A stretch of 52,638 bases of DNA, filler included, from Jimgerdemannia flammicorona (taxonomy: Eukaryota): the NCBI GenBank assembly GCA_003990765.1. It is 2 parts of 2 records of this genome, joined end to end, with 100 filler letters (N's around TTAATTAATTAA, not from the genome) between each part and the next. Parts side by side here need not be neighbours in the genome. Positions count along the whole stretch, not along the records: positions 26,370 to 52,638 come from RBNJ01000741.1; 1 more part is not named here. One strand, written 5' to 3'. Below the pieces are notes generated by a model. It was not told where the DNA came from and ran no database searches. It worked only from the letters and a program-made list of their open reading frames with translations. Shown piece after piece: positions 51,292 through 52,638 of the stretch (positions within the stretch are counted from its first letter, which is position 1; the number at the start of each line of letters is the position of its first letter). Position numbers and translations under genes: made by a program.

Positions 51292-52093
51292 TGTGATAGT
51301 TGATCCAAATTAGAAATATAAATTAGAAAAATTACACATTTGATTATAATACCTAAATCCAATTTCTGATATAGTATAGTCTTATAAATAGTAGTTATTA
51401 TTATTTCACAACTGTTAAAGTTTTCATAAATATTGAACTCTTTGTAGATATTGAAGATGCTAAATAATTCAACACTTATAAAAAGTGACTTATAGGAAAT
51501 ATAGTCATAACTTAGCCATCTTATAGCTAGTAAACTTATATAAATAACTCAGTATCTTAGAGTGAATAAACCTCAGATCAAAATAGTTTAAAGCAAAGAG
51601 AAAGTAAAGAAACTAGTAAGCCTGCAGGCAGATATACTTCAAACTTACTCATTTCTACATTTTAAGGACTCTGTAGAGTTAAAGAAGATTAAGTTTTCAA
51701 GATACAGAAATCTGATATACTTCTAAGATTAAGTATCTGCTATATTATAACTTGATATCTATTGACTGGTGATTCAAAATAAATCCCTTACTTTCAAGCT
51801 GAATAACAAACAACTGCTATCATTCAAACAACTATATAAATTGAACCAAGATATTCAGATAAGATGGATATGAGACCACTAGTATTCTATAGTTATACTT
51901 TAGATGAGTCAATCATTATCTTCATTAATGATTTCAAGCAATATACTACTATAAGAGATCTAATAGTAAGGCAGCAAGTAACTCTCATACTCTTCAGTCT
52001 CTAGGGACTAGTAAGAATAGCATTTATAGCTATAACTTATATAGAAAATGATAATGATACTATATTAGTAGCACAGAAGACCTCAAGCCACAT
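51292..52093 (+). mobile_element. LTR family B copy (51292-51749) followed by probable 5' internal sequence
   Basis: Near full-length match to 39441-39888. No TSD. Followed by ACTTGATATC, resembling the ACTTGGTAG PBS region of element A. Confidence 0.7.
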
Positions 52094-52638
52094 TGTAAGA
52101 GGGTTACTTTTTAGGGTGACCGTTACGTAGTTCTAGAAGGGTTTTCTGGAGGTTCTGGATATTCTGGAAGACCGTTTTCTTATAGTTAAGATCAATTTCG
52201 TATGGAGTACGTCCTCTACGCTTATTGATTTCAAGATCGGGTTGACGTCTCAACCAAAGTCCTTTTCCGGACTAGTTCTGGATGTTCAGGATTTTCCGTA
52301 TTTCAGGAAGTTCAAGAAACTAAGACCAGCTTAGTTGAATCGGCGTATCGCTGCAGACAATACCCAATTAGGAAATTTCGTGACAGGGTTAGGAGTAGGA
52401 CCTAACAGAGAGCGGATTTACTTAAGAGTAGTTTGTGGGTTATGAAATAGGTTTATTCGCTATTCATGATATTGCTATACTAGGAGTATTTGTGTGAAGG
52501 GGTATTGTGGAGAAGTGCTCAGGAGTTGTGTTCAGATTGTTCAAGTCTGAGATTCTGAGGTCTGGGGGAGGGGGTATTTATACTAGTGAGGGGCTATCTG
52601 GACTATGCTGAATATGGATGTAGCACTAAGTGCTTTGC
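52094..52638 (-). repeat. LTR family A copy, reverse orientation, CpG-retaining, cut by the window end
   Basis: Reverse complement of ~28860-29402 / ~34180-34732, starting TGTAAGAGGGTTAC. Confidence 0.92.

Overview
Eukaryotic, almost certainly fungal, genomic DNA. An early-diverging Mucoromycota/Endogonales-type genome is my inference from gene style, not a tested assignment. About 85% of the window is decayed, nested transposable elements almost devoid of CpG. These are four minus-strand copies of one L1/Tx1-like LINE family, a Penelope-like RT relic, a 5.45 kb hAT transposon with 8-bp TSD, two hAT-type MITEs, and several Ty3/Gypsy LTR elements, three of which carry a dUTPase domain. The only intact gene is an 8-exon ABCC/MRP (Ybt1/Bpt1/Ycf1-like) transporter of about 1603 aa at 44488-50045, in a sharply bounded CpG-rich island. 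A 100-nt assembly linker lies at 26270-26369. The most notable observations are: (i) dUTPase in three retroelements in at least two polyprotein positions; (ii) copy-to-copy evidence for CG->TG/CA->TA erosion, which needs more than CpG deamination; (iii) a hAT element with a second, divergent Cys-cluster ORF and twin palindromes sharing a CACGTG-centred core; (iv) a non-autonomous Gag-dUTPase-protease LTR element. All translations and alignments were done by eye, and boundaries not defined by TSD/TIR/splice sites are approximate.
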